This document shows, piece by piece, positions 55,263-64,000 of a stretch of DNA of 64,000 bases. The DNA comes from Spirochaetia bacterium (lineage in GTDB: Bacteria > Spirochaetota > Spirochaetia > SZUA-6 > Bin103), in the NCBI GenBank assembly GCA_965203515.1, contig OZ241907.1, forward strand, positions 608,001 to 672,000, in the 5' to 3' direction. The notes beneath the pieces are model-generated. The model did no database searches and was not told the DNA's origin. It worked only from the letters and a program-made list of their open reading frames with translations. Every line of letters starts with the position of its first letter. Position 1 is the first letter of the stretch. The position numbers were made by a program, and so were the translations under genes.

Positions 55263-56137
55263 TGGGCAGCGGAGGCGACCCGGGGCGGGGCGGGGCGGCG
55301 GCCGGCCGGCGCGCGCTCGGCATCCTGGCGGCGGCCGCCAAGCGCATGCGGGCGGCCGAATGGATCGGCGTCCTGGTGCTGCTGGCCTATCTGCTCATGA
55401 CGCTGATACCGGGCGTGCTGGCCACCCACGATCCGATCGAGCAGGACATCGTCAACCGGCTGGCGTTCCCGTCGGCGGAACACTGGTTCGGCACCGACGA
55501 GCTGGGCCGCGACCTGTTCAGCCGCTGCATCCACGGGGCGCGCACCTCCATCCGCACCGCGGCGATCGCCGTGCTGTTCAGCATGGTGGTGGGGGCGACC
55601 GGCGGGCTGTTCTCCGGCTACGTGGGCGGACGGCTGGACGAGCTGCTGGCGCGCGCCAACGACATCCTGGTCTCCTTTCCCGGCATCATCATCGCCATGG
55701 CGCTGATCGCGGTGACCGGGCGCAACCCGATCGCCCTGGCGGTGGTGATCGGCCTGGTGAACACGCCGGCGATCTTCCGCGTCACGCGCGCGGTGGCGCT
55801 GCAGGTGCGCGTGCTGCCGTACGTTGACGCCGCGCGGTCGGCCGGAGCGTCCAATCTCTACGTCATGTTCCGTACGGTGCTGCCCAACTGCACCACGGAG
55901 GTCTTCATCCAGGCGCTGCTGATCGCCACCCGCGCGATCATCACCGAGTCGAGCCTGAGCTTTCTGGGGCTCGGCATCCCGCCGCCGGACCCTTCCTGGG
56001 GCGCGATGCTCAATACCGGGCGCAGCTACCTGAAGCGGATGGCCTGGTACGGCGTGATCCCCGGACTGTTCCTGATGGGGCTGATCCTGGCCCTGCAGTT
56101 CGTCTCGCGCTCGCTGCGCCGCGCGGCCCGCCCGTGA
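55262..56137 (+). CDS. ABC permease (OppC/DppC-like)
   Basis: HWFGTDELGRD, YVDAARSAGAS and LSFLGLG..PP.PSWG. Confidence 0.92.
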   Translation: MGSGGDPGRGGAAAGRRALGILAAAAKRMRAAEWIGVLVLLAYLLMTLIPGVLATHDPIEQDIVNRLAFPSAEHWFGTDELGRDLFSRCIHGARTSIRTAAIAVLFSMVVGATGGLFSGYVGGRLDELLARANDILVSFPGIIIAMALIAVTGRNPIALAVVIGLVNTPAIFRVTRAVALQVRVLPYVDAARSAGASNLYVMFRTVLPNCTTEVFIQALLIATRAIITESSLSFLGLGIPPPDPSWGAMLNTGRSYLKRMAWYGVIPGLFLMGLILALQFVSRSLRRAARP

Positions 56138-57141
56138 ACGGCCGGACCGGCGGTCGCGCGCGCGGCGCGCCGTTGCTGGTGGTGGAGGACCTGCACACCC
56201 GGTTCGAGCTGGAACGGGGCGTCGTGCAGGCGGTCAGCGGCTCGAGCTTCTCGGTCGACCGCGGCGAGACGCTGGGCATCGTCGGCGAGTCCGGTTCCGG
56301 CAAGTCGGTTACCGTGCGTTCGATCCTGCGGCTGATCCGCCCGCCGGGGCGGATCGCGGCCGGGCGGGTGCTGCTGAACGGCGTCGACCTGCTGGCGCTC
56401 GATGAACGCGAGATGACGGCGGTCCGCGGCCGGGAGGTGAGCATGGTCTTCCAGGAGCCGTCGGCGGCCCTCAACCCGGTGCTCACGGTAGGCGAACAGA
56501 TAGCGGAGGTGCTGATCGCGCACCTGAGATTGGGGAAACGGGCGGCGCGCGAGCGCGCCGTCGCTCACCTGCGTGACGTCGGCATCCCGGCGCCCGACCG
56601 GCGCTATGACGACTATCCGCACCAGCTGAGCGGCGGCATGCAGCAGCGCTGCATGATCGCCATCGCGCTGGCCTGCGATCCCAAGCTGCTGATCGCCGAC
56701 GAGCCGACCACCAGTCTCGACGTCACGATCCAGGCGCAGATCCTCACGCTCCTGGCCAATCTGGTGCGGGACAAGGGGGCGGGATCGATCTTTATCACCC
56801 ACGACATCGGCGTGATCGCCCAGATCGCGGAACGGATCATGGTGATGTATGCCGGCAAGATCGCGGAGCTGGGGAGCACCGCGCAGGTGATCGACGACCC
56901 GCAGCACCCCTACACCGTGGAGCTGCTCAAGTCGCTGCCGAGCCTCAGCACCGCACGAGGGGTCCGGCTGGAGGAGATCGCCGGCGACGTGCCGGACCTG
57001 GCCGACCCGCCGGCCGGTTGTCGATTCCATCCCCGTTGTCCGCGCGTATTCGCGCCGTGCTCGTCGCGGGTGCCGCCGCTGGCGACGATCGGCGGCGGGC
57101 GGCGCGTCGCCTGCTGGCTGCACGAGGGGCGCGGCGCGTGA
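56134..57141 (+). CDS. Peptide/nickel ABC transporter ATP-binding subunit (OppD/DppD-like)
   Basis: GESGSGKS, YPHQLSGGMQQR, ADEPTT and GCRFHPRC. Confidence 0.93.
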   Translation: MNGRTGGRARGAPLLVVEDLHTRFELERGVVQAVSGSSFSVDRGETLGIVGESGSGKSVTVRSILRLIRPPGRIAAGRVLLNGVDLLALDEREMTAVRGREVSMVFQEPSAALNPVLTVGEQIAEVLIAHLRLGKRAARERAVAHLRDVGIPAPDRRYDDYPHQLSGGMQQRCMIAIALACDPKLLIADEPTTSLDVTIQAQILTLLANLVRDKGAGSIFITHDIGVIAQIAERIMVMYAGKIAELGSTAQVIDDPQHPYTVELLKSLPSLSTARGVRLEEIAGDVPDLADPPAGCRFHPRCPRVFAPCSSRVPPLATIGGGRRVACWLHEGRGA

Positions 57142-58175
57142 GCACGACGTTCGCCTTCGCGCCGGCGCGCGACCGGCCGGTGTGGAGCACGGCGCCGCTC
57201 TGCACCCGCATGGTGTCGCCGTACCGGGACCGGGCCGGAAGGGTCCACGTCTTCGCCGACTCGTTCGACCCGCGCGAGCCGGGGCGATTCCAGGACCGGC
57301 TGAGCTCCTGGGCGGCGGTGCAGCGCTACTACTCGACCGACGACTTCGAGCGCTTCCACGATCACGGCGTGGCGGTCGGCCGCGGGCGCTGGACCGGCGA
57401 CGCCGCCACCTCAGACCCGGATTGCGTGGGGGCCGGCAGTCCGGGGGTGACCGTGGCCGGCGGCCGCGTGCTGCTGTTCTACGCCGGCCGCGGGCCGGCC
57501 GATCCGTCGGGGCCGTTCGAGCACACCATGAACCGCGCCGACCTGCCCGGGCGGATCATGCTGGCGATCGCCCCGGCGGACGCCGACGGCGCTCCGGCCG
57601 GCCGGTTCGTGAAACAGGGGGCGGTGACCGACTACGGCGCCCGGTGGCGCTCGATCCGGCACGACGACCCGCGGCCGGTGGTCACGGATGACGAGATTCT
57701 GCTGTTCTTCAAGGCGATCGGCCCCGGTCGCACCTACGCCAACCGGGTGATCGGACTGGCGCGTACGTCGATCGACACGCCGGCCGGGCCGTACGTCGTC
57801 CATCCCGAGCCGGTGCTGCGCACCGACCGCGGCGCCGAGTCGCCGCGCGTGTTTCGGGTGGGTGATGCGTGGCACATGTTCGTGCTCCGCTACAGCACGC
57901 CGGACCGGCCGGGGATGCGCCGCTACGGCCACTATCGCGGTGACGATCCGTTCCGTTGGGAACTGGTCAACGACGACGCGTACGTCACCACCAGCAACCG
58001 GCCGGACGCCGGCGCAGCCGACATGTGTCCGATCTGGACCCCGTTCGAGGACGGCCCGCCCCGCCTGGCCCTGGCCAACCGCATCGACGACGGCGCCTAC
58101 GGCGACCCTGGCCTCTTCAAGCAGTGGCTCTGGGAAATCCGCGAGGCGCCGGCGAAGACTCCGACCTCGACCTGA
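57138..58175 (+). CDS. Putative five-bladed beta-propeller glycoside hydrolase-like protein
   Basis: Blade-like motifs GSPGV..VLLFYAG, DDPRPV..LLFFK, IGLA..P.GPY..HPEPVL and ESPRVF..WHMFV; coupled to the ABC operon. Confidence 0.6.
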   Translation: MSTTFAFAPARDRPVWSTAPLCTRMVSPYRDRAGRVHVFADSFDPREPGRFQDRLSSWAAVQRYYSTDDFERFHDHGVAVGRGRWTGDAATSDPDCVGAGSPGVTVAGGRVLLFYAGRGPADPSGPFEHTMNRADLPGRIMLAIAPADADGAPAGRFVKQGAVTDYGARWRSIRHDDPRPVVTDDEILLFFKAIGPGRTYANRVIGLARTSIDTPAGPYVVHPEPVLRTDRGAESPRVFRVGDAWHMFVLRYSTPDRPGMRRYGHYRGDDPFRWELVNDDAYVTTSNRPDAGAADMCPIWTPFEDGPPRLALANRIDDGAYGDPGLFKQWLWEIREAPAKTPTST

Positions 58176-58224
58176 ATTAGATTAGGCTACCGAGCGCCGC
58201 GCGGCGTTGAGCGTACTCGTGCCA

Positions 58225-58623
58225 TCACTCACTCGGTACGTGGACCCACGGCAGCCCATCTATGTGCTTGAAGTGGCCGTCAGCGGATATCAGATCAGTC
58301 ATCGTCTCCATCGCGTGCGCCGCTATCCATATGTCGTTGGTGGGCAGGGGGCGCCCTTTCGCTCTCAGGGCTGCCGCGATTCGGGCGTAGCGATCGGCAG
58401 TGGTCCGGCTCACAGGTACGAAGGTGACATATGGATTCGCCAGGAACTCATCGAGCTCGCGGACGTTCAAAGCGGTGCGTGTACCATGCCGATACCCGTA
58501 CAGTAGCTCGCCGACGACGACCGCGGACAGCACGATTTCCTGTGACCGGCGCACAAGGTCGGCAACGGTGCGCTGGCCGCGAGCCAGCTGCGTATAGGCC
58601 GAGGAGTCCAGGAGGATCCTCAT
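58225..58623 (-). CDS. vapC: VapC PIN-domain toxin
   Basis: ILLDSSAY, VVGELLYG, NDIWIAAHA and SADGHF. Confidence 0.92.
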   Translation of the reverse strand: MRILLDSSAYTQLARGQRTVADLVRRSQEIVLSAVVVGELLYGYRHGTRTALNVRELDEFLANPYVTFVPVSRTTADRYARIAAALRAKGRPLPTNDIWIAAHAMETMTDLISADGHFKHIDGLPWVHVPSE

Positions 58624-58874
58624 TTCCAAATCGTCTCATCGATGCTCTCAAAGTCCTGCAGAGCGCGATTCATCTCGTCTGCTTGCTCGCGCGTCCAGCT
58701 ACCGATGAAGTGATCCAAAGAGGAACCGACGGCGCCGCGGTGGTCCGCAAGCCCCGCGCCGCGGCGGCACAGGAGCAGCACGGCCTGATTCAGCGAAATC
58801 CTCTCTCGTTGCGCAAGTCGGCGAATGTTCTCGGCTAATTCGGCGTCGAATCCTCGTACCGTCAATTGACGCAT
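58620..58874 (-). CDS. vapB: VapB/FitA-like ribbon-helix-helix antitoxin
   Basis: MRQLTVRGFD..L..LAQRERISLNQ..L; overlaps the vapC start. Confidence 0.85.
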   Translation of the reverse strand: MRQLTVRGFDAELAENIRRLAQRERISLNQAVLLLCRRGAGLADHRGAVGSSLDHFIGSWTREQADEMNRALQDFESIDETIWK

Positions 58875-58974
58875 TCCCGGCTCCATCAGCGAATCATCGG
58901 CGACTCACTACCGCTCATCAATGCAACGGGTACCGTCGCCGGTCAAGCCCGGTAGCGGGATGAGCCTGGGGAGG

Positions 58975-59113
58975 CGCCCCGGACCGCTCCACATAGTCGG
59001 TCGAGTCGTGACTTTCCCAGAACGCCCGCTCCTCAGCCTCGCTCTTGAAGTCGGGAATCGGTTCAGGGTCCTGTTGGTCATCATCCTCGTAAACGCCGCT
59101 CTTTGCGGTTCAT
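58975..59113 (-). pseudogene. Remnant of a BrnT/BrnA(CopG)-type TA pair
   Basis: Minus strand encodes MNRKERR..YE (toxin tail) then MTNRTL/PIPDFKSEAEERAFWESHDSTDYV (antitoxin N-terminus), with frameshifts and truncation. Confidence 0.7.
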
Positions 59114-59182
59114 ACGTCGGGTCGGCGGATGAGTCAACCGGTGTTGGGCGATCATGGGCACTCGCATGGTAGAACTTGGGTG

Positions 59183-59404
59183 ATGGCTGCCGAAGGGATC
59201 GACGAGCGGGAGGTGGAGGCGCGCATGGCGCTGCTCCGGGAGCGGTACGGGGACCGGTTCGCAGAGCCGGAGCAGGAGCGGGAGGTGCGCGCGCGGGTCG
59301 CCGAGGAGTTGGCCCGGGTCTCGGCGGCGCTGCGGGCGGCCGCGGTCGAGCCGGACCGGGAGCCGTTTCCGCCGTTCACGCCCTATCGGGGCGACGACCG
59401 GTGA
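59183..59404 (+). CDS. Small amidase partner protein (GatC/AtzG-like)
   Basis: 73 aa, helical, ending EPFPPFTPYR; overlaps the amidase start (GTGA). Confidence 0.65.
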   Translation: MAAEGIDEREVEARMALLRERYGDRFAEPEQEREVRARVAEELARVSAALRAAAVEPDREPFPPFTPYRGDDR

Positions 59405-60834
59405 CGGAGCGCGACGCCGTATTCCTGCCGGTGCGCCGGCTGGCCGAGCGGATGCGGGCGCGGCAGGTCTCCCCGGTCGCGCTGACCCGCCTCTTCCTCG
59501 ACCGCTTGGAGCGGCTCGGTCCGCGCTACCACGCGGTCGTGACCCTGACCGCGGAGCTGGCCGAGTCGCAGGCGCAACAGGCCGAGCGGGAGATCGCCGC
59601 CGGCCGCTACCGCGGGCCGCTGCACGGCATCCCCTACGGCCTCAAGGACGTCTTCGCCACCGCCGGCTACCCGACGACCTGGGGCGCGGGGCCGTTGCGG
59701 GACCAAGCGTTCGACTATGACGCCACGATCGTGCGCAAGCTGCAAGCGGCCGGCGCCGTGCTGGCCGCGAAGCTGGCATTGGTGGAGTTGGCCGGCGGGG
59801 CGCGGTACCGGCGCGCGGACGCCTCGTTCACCGGGCCCGGCCTCAACCCCTGGGACCGCGGCGTCTGGAGCGGCGGTTCGTCGAGCGGTTCGGGGGCGGC
59901 GGTCGCCGCGGGGCTGGTGCCGTTCGCGATCGGCACCGAGACGTGGGGATCGATCCTGGGGCCGTCGTGCTACTGCGGCGTGTCCGGGCTGCGCCCGACG
60001 TTCGGCCGGGTGAGCCGCCACGGCGGCATGCCGCTCACCTTCGGGATGGACAAGCCCGGACCGATGTGCCTGACCGCCGACGACTGCGGTCTCGTGCTCG
60101 ATGCGGTCGCCGGCCAGGATCGGCGCGACGAGGCGACCACGACGAGGCCGTACCGGTATCGCCCGCACCGCCCGGCGCGCGGCCGCTTCCGGCTGGCGGT
60201 CCCCAAGGGGGTGCCGGACGGCTCCGATCCCGGCGTGCGCGACCGCTTTCGGGAGTCGCTGGCGGCGCTGACCGAGGTGGCGGAGATCGAGGAGGTCGAG
60301 CTTCCCGACCTGCCCTACGCGGCAGTCTCCAACGCGATCTTCCTGGCCGAATCGGCCAGCGTCATGGAGGAGATCATCGAGAGCGGCATCACCGCGGAGC
60401 TGACGGCGCCGGAGGGGCGCTGCGGCGTCTATCCCCGCACCGCGATGCTGGCGACCGACTATCTCCGCGCGCTGCGCCTGCGGCGCACGATCGCGGCAGC
60501 GATCGACCGGCTGTTGGAGCGGTACGACGCGCTGCTGTCGCCCGCGCAGCCGAAAGCCGCGCCGCCGGCGGATCGGCCGTGGGTCAAGGGACCCAAGGAG
60601 CGGGCCGCCGACCCGTTGGGGGCGTTCGGGAGCTGCATCGGCCTGCCGGCGATCTCCGTACCGATGGGATTCACGGCAGCGGGTCTGCCGGCCGGCCTGC
60701 AGATCCTGGGCAGAGCCTACGACGAGAACGTGGTGTTGGCGGTCGCCGCCGCCTACCAGGAGCTGACCGATTGGCACACGCGGCATCCGCCGGACGCGCT
60801 CGAAACCGCAAGCGAGCCGGCGACGCCATCCTGA
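59401..60834 (+). CDS. Amidase signature family enzyme (GatA-like)
   Basis: GPLHGIPYGLKD, GGSSSGS and GTETWGSI..P. Confidence 0.92.
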   Translation: MTERDAVFLPVRRLAERMRARQVSPVALTRLFLDRLERLGPRYHAVVTLTAELAESQAQQAEREIAAGRYRGPLHGIPYGLKDVFATAGYPTTWGAGPLRDQAFDYDATIVRKLQAAGAVLAAKLALVELAGGARYRRADASFTGPGLNPWDRGVWSGGSSSGSGAAVAAGLVPFAIGTETWGSILGPSCYCGVSGLRPTFGRVSRHGGMPLTFGMDKPGPMCLTADDCGLVLDAVAGQDRRDEATTTRPYRYRPHRPARGRFRLAVPKGVPDGSDPGVRDRFRESLAALTEVAEIEEVELPDLPYAAVSNAIFLAESASVMEEIIESGITAELTAPEGRCGVYPRTAMLATDYLRALRLRRTIAAAIDRLLERYDALLSPAQPKAAPPADRPWVKGPKERAADPLGAFGSCIGLPAISVPMGFTAAGLPAGLQILGRAYDENVVLAVAAAYQELTDWHTRHPPDALETASEPATPS

Positions 60835-60860
60835 CGGACGGGGTACACTCGCCGCCGGTC

Positions 60861-61688
60861 ATGATCGGCTCCGTTCCCCGCGTCGGCATCTGCAGCATCG
60901 CCTTCAAGGACCGCAGCGCCGCGCAGGCGCTGCGCGCGATCGCCGCGGCCGGCGCCGACGGCGTCGAGCTGTGGGGGCAGCCGCCGCACCTGCCCTATCC
61001 GGTCGACGAGGGATGGTGCGCGGACCTACGCGGGCAGGCGGGCGATTTGGGGCTGAGCTTCTGCGCGCTCGGCTCCTACTACCGCCCCGGCCGGCATCCG
61101 TCCTACGGCGGCCGGCCGGTGACGAAGGAGAATCAGATCGCCGCCGCACGGGCGCTGGGAGCGCCGATCGTCCGCATCTGGGCGGGCAGCGCCAGCCGCC
61201 AGGCCACCGCTCCGGCGGCGCGCGAGCGGCTCTACGCCGAGATACGCGACTTTGCCGACGCCGCCCGCGACGCCGGCATCCGGGTGGTGCTGGAGCGGCA
61301 CTCCGGCACGCTGACCGAGGGATGGGAGGCGCCGCTCACGGTGCTGCGGGAGATCGGCCACCCGGCGGTCGCCCTCAACTACCAGATGGTATACCCGGCG
61401 CCCTGGGAAGAGTTGGCCGCGCGCGGGGTGGCCGACTACCGGCGTCTGCTGCCGCATTCCCGCCACGCGCACCTGCAGAATTACGCGTCGGCAGCCGGCG
61501 GCCGTCCGCCGCGCACCCTGGTCGCCGACGGGGTGGTCGATTACGGCCAGCTCGGCGCGGCGGCGCGCGAGTGCGGCTACGACGGCGCCTTCATGATCGA
61601 GTTTCCGGCCGACGAGCGCCGTGGCATGAGCGTGGAAGAAGCGTTGCGCGCCGACGTGGCCGGCCTGCGTCGACTTCTGTCGCAATGA
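60861..61688 (+). CDS. Sugar-phosphate isomerase/epimerase (AP endonuclease 2 TIM barrel)
   Basis: GADGVELW, ALGSYY, IVRIWAG, VLERH..TL, GVVDY and GYDG..MIEF. Confidence 0.85.
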   Translation: MIGSVPRVGICSIAFKDRSAAQALRAIAAAGADGVELWGQPPHLPYPVDEGWCADLRGQAGDLGLSFCALGSYYRPGRHPSYGGRPVTKENQIAAARALGAPIVRIWAGSASRQATAPAARERLYAEIRDFADAARDAGIRVVLERHSGTLTEGWEAPLTVLREIGHPAVALNYQMVYPAPWEELAARGVADYRRLLPHSRHAHLQNYASAAGGRPPRTLVADGVVDYGQLGAAARECGYDGAFMIEFPADERRGMSVEEALRADVAGLRRLLSQ

Positions 61689-62527
61689 GCGGCGGCGAGG
61701 TGAGCGGCGGGCGCGGCCCGATGATGACCGCCGTCGAGTTGCAGGGCGTGACCTACACCTACCCGGAGGGGGATGCGCCGGTCTTCACCGACCTGTCGCT
61801 CCGGCTGCCGGCCGGCGTGGCCGCGTTCGTGGGTCAGAACGGGACCGGCAAGTCGACCCTGATGCTGTTGGCCAGCGGGATCGCCGTGCCCGACCAGGGC
61901 ACCGTGCTGTTGCAGGGCGTCGACACGCGCGAGCTGCGCGACCTCCGCGAGCGGCAGCGCTACGTGTCGTTGATCCACCAGAACATGGAGTTCGAGACCT
62001 ATGAGTCGATCGGGGACCTGCTCGGCCGCGTCTACCTCACCGGCTACCACGAGGAGCACCGCGAGGAGTTCGTGCGTGAGATCGTGCGCGTCTTCGAGCT
62101 GCAGGGCGTGATGCACCAGCGGACGCAGGAGGTGAGCAAGGGCGAGCTGCAGCGCACGCTGCTGGCGTTCTGCCTGCTGTACGGGTCGCGGATGCTGATG
62201 ATGGACGAGCCGGTGTTCGCGATGGAGGACCACCAGAAGCGGTCGGCGATGAGCTTCCTGTACGAATACGCGCGGCGCGAAGGGCTCTCCTGGTACTACT
62301 CCGCGCACGAGTTCGATCTCTCGGAACGGTATTCCGATCATGTCGTGCTGTTTCGCCCCGGACAGGAACCGCTGATCGGCCCTACGGCCGACGTCCACAC
62401 CCGCGATCGACTGGAGCGCGCCTACGAGGCGCCGTACGACCTGCTCAGGCGGCGTGAGGAGCTCTACCGGCAGACCCTGCCGGGCATGCCCGGCACGAAG
62501 GAAAGAGGAACGAAGCATGAGGCATGA
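61685..62527 (+). CDS. ABC-type ATP-binding protein (no adjacent permease)
   Basis: GQNGTGKST, VSKGELQR, MMDEP and H-loop. Start may be 61721. Confidence 0.85.
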   Translation: MSGGEVSGGRGPMMTAVELQGVTYTYPEGDAPVFTDLSLRLPAGVAAFVGQNGTGKSTLMLLASGIAVPDQGTVLLQGVDTRELRDLRERQRYVSLIHQNMEFETYESIGDLLGRVYLTGYHEEHREEFVREIVRVFELQGVMHQRTQEVSKGELQRTLLAFCLLYGSRMLMMDEPVFAMEDHQKRSAMSFLYEYARREGLSWYYSAHEFDLSERYSDHVVLFRPGQEPLIGPTADVHTRDRLERAYEAPYDLLRRREELYRQTLPGMPGTKERGTKHEA

Positions 62528-63752
62528 CCCCGAGCACACCTGGGGCCACACGATCGCATTCGGCGATCAGTACCATCGGCGCGCGTGCGAGCTGCTGCGG
62601 AGCACGCTCGATGAGGCGCCGACGTGGACGGCGGTGGCCGACTGCGCGGTGCGGACGATCCGCGCCGGCGGCACCGTGCACGCCAACGTCACCACCGGCC
62701 ACATGCCGACCACGGAGCTGGCGAACGAGCGCGAGGGCAACCCGGCGCCGTTCGCCTTCCAGGGTCCCGACCACCACACGCCCGAGCAGTACGCGGCGAT
62801 GCGCGCCGGCGATCTGCTGCTGACCAACTGCGTCACCCCGGCGGTGCGCGAGGTGCGGGACCGCGGCGTGCGCGTCATCGTCTTTACCACCGCCTACGTG
62901 AACAGCGGATCGGCCCCGCCGGGCTGGCTGGGCGACAACCCCGGCGGTCTGCTGCCGGCGGACGTGGCCGATCAGGTGATCGACACCCACATCCCCTGGG
63001 AACAGGGGCTGGTCGACGTGCCGCAGGTGCCGGAGATGAGGGTCTTTCCCGGTTCGTCCAACGTGAGCTGCGCCATCCACTGGTGCCTGACCGCGGAGGT
63101 GATGCAGGCGCTCGGCACCGGCGGCGCGCCCGACGGCGCCAAGGCGCGCGAGTACCTGACGATCCTGCTGGAGCGGCTCGACGAGGTGTACCGCCGCCAC
63201 CGGCAGGCGATCGGCGAAGAGGCGGCGGCGCTGGCCAAGCGGGTGATCGCCGGCGGGCACGTCGACGTGCGCGGCAGCAATGAAGGGGTGCGCGCGGACG
63301 CGCACGGCGTGGCCCAGGGCCTGATGCTCACCTGCGCCTACGAGCCGCGGCCGGCGGCGGCCGGCGGCCGTGACGACACGCTGATCGTCACCGCGGTCAG
63401 CGCCGACCATCCGCAGGAGATCGCCTGGGCGCAGGAGGCGAGGGGGAACGGCGCCCGGGTGGTGACCGTGGGCATGGATACCTCGCCCCGGTTGCGGGCG
63501 TCGAGCGATCGTTACCTGGGCAACGCCTGTGACGAGGCGGGCGGCGTGGTCGCGGTGGCCGGCTGCGCGGAGCCGATCTGCCCGGCGACCGGCATCATCG
63601 ACAACGTGCTCACGCAGATGCTGCTGGCGCAGATGACCGACGAGCTGTGCCGCCGCGGCGCGGTGCCGTACTTCTACATGGGGCTCTATCGCGCCGGCGG
63701 ACGCGAGTACAACACGGTGTTGAAGCGCCACTTCGACGCGCGCGGTTATTAA
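62517..63752 (+). CDS. Hypothetical protein with two SIS-like (sugar isomerase) halves
   Basis: Internal duplication (IRAGGTVH / VIAGGHVD; VRDRGVRVI / ARGNGARVV; VFPGSS / ICPATG). Confidence 0.6.
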   Translation: MRHDPEHTWGHTIAFGDQYHRRACELLRSTLDEAPTWTAVADCAVRTIRAGGTVHANVTTGHMPTTELANEREGNPAPFAFQGPDHHTPEQYAAMRAGDLLLTNCVTPAVREVRDRGVRVIVFTTAYVNSGSAPPGWLGDNPGGLLPADVADQVIDTHIPWEQGLVDVPQVPEMRVFPGSSNVSCAIHWCLTAEVMQALGTGGAPDGAKAREYLTILLERLDEVYRRHRQAIGEEAAALAKRVIAGGHVDVRGSNEGVRADAHGVAQGLMLTCAYEPRPAAAGGRDDTLIVTAVSADHPQEIAWAQEARGNGARVVTVGMDTSPRLRASSDRYLGNACDEAGGVVAVAGCAEPICPATGIIDNVLTQMLLAQMTDELCRRGAVPYFYMGLYRAGGREYNTVLKRHFDARGY

Positions 63753-63782
63753 GGCGGACGACAACACGAAGGAGTTGCATAC

Positions 63783-64000
63783 ATGGCCGACGACAACGAT
63801 CTGCAAGCGGAGCTGGAACGGCTCAGGGCGGAGAACGAAGCGCTGAAGGCGCGCGCGTCCAAGCCGCTGACCCTCAAGGTGAGCGCCAAGGGCGCCGTGT
63901 CCGTGTACGGGCTGGGCCGGTTCCCGGTGACGCTCTACAAGGAGCAGTGGGAACGGCTGCTCGACATGGCCGGCGACATCCGCGTCTTCATGGATGAGAA
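63783..64000 (+). CDS. Small conserved hypothetical protein (runs off the right edge)
   Basis: AAGGAG RBS; MADDNDLQAELERLRAENEALK..LKVSAKGAVSVYGLGRFPVTLYKEQWERLL; absent from the ORF track. Confidence 0.8.
   Translation, partial: MADDNDLQAELERLRAENEALKARASKPLTLKVSAKGAVSVYGLGRFPVTLYKEQWERLLDMAGDIRVFMDE

Noticed and set aside
59183..60834. Genuine gatC-gatA
   Set aside because: No gatB follows and the motifs diverge (GTETWGSI); more likely a catabolic amidase with a small partner.

Overview
High-GC bacterial chromosomal window. Housekeeping and catabolic genes (leuB, gltB/gltD, trpB2, a peptide/nickel-type ABC operon, two amidases, two PhyH dioxygenases, an enolase-superfamily enzyme, a TPP enzyme) are interleaved with much anti-MGE and TA content. 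The first 15.3 kb is a defence island: the tail of a DNA methyltransferase, an AbiE type IV TA pair, a coiled-coil PD-(D/E)XK-like protein, an AAA ATPase-nuclease, a Schlafen/HATPase gene that seems to have lost its Schlafen domain, an orphan ParA with a small partner, and a DISARM core (drmA-drmB-drmC). A lower-GC ABC-ATPase + DUF4276/TOPRIM-like pair is inserted between drmA and drmB, and no drmD/drmE or methylase is adjacent. At 20.7-27.9 kb is a three-member lipoprotein family built from GSGYTSAPTV repeats: one intact copy, one tandem duplicate disrupted by a complete IS66 (8-bp TSD), and one inverted, start-less single-repeat copy. Differences between the two long copies cluster in short blocks. 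A probable IS66 footprint lies at 19.58 kb. A second defence patch (42.4-50.6 kb) has a C-protein-regulated type II R-M system, an ABC/OLD-like ATPase, a paralog of the AAA ATPase-nuclease and an AAA/DUF4143 gene. vapBC and decayed TA remnants lie near 58-59 kb and 22.3 kb. Three single-base frameshifts in or beside short runs may be sequencing errors. All family calls come from motif recognition by eye; no database searches were run.
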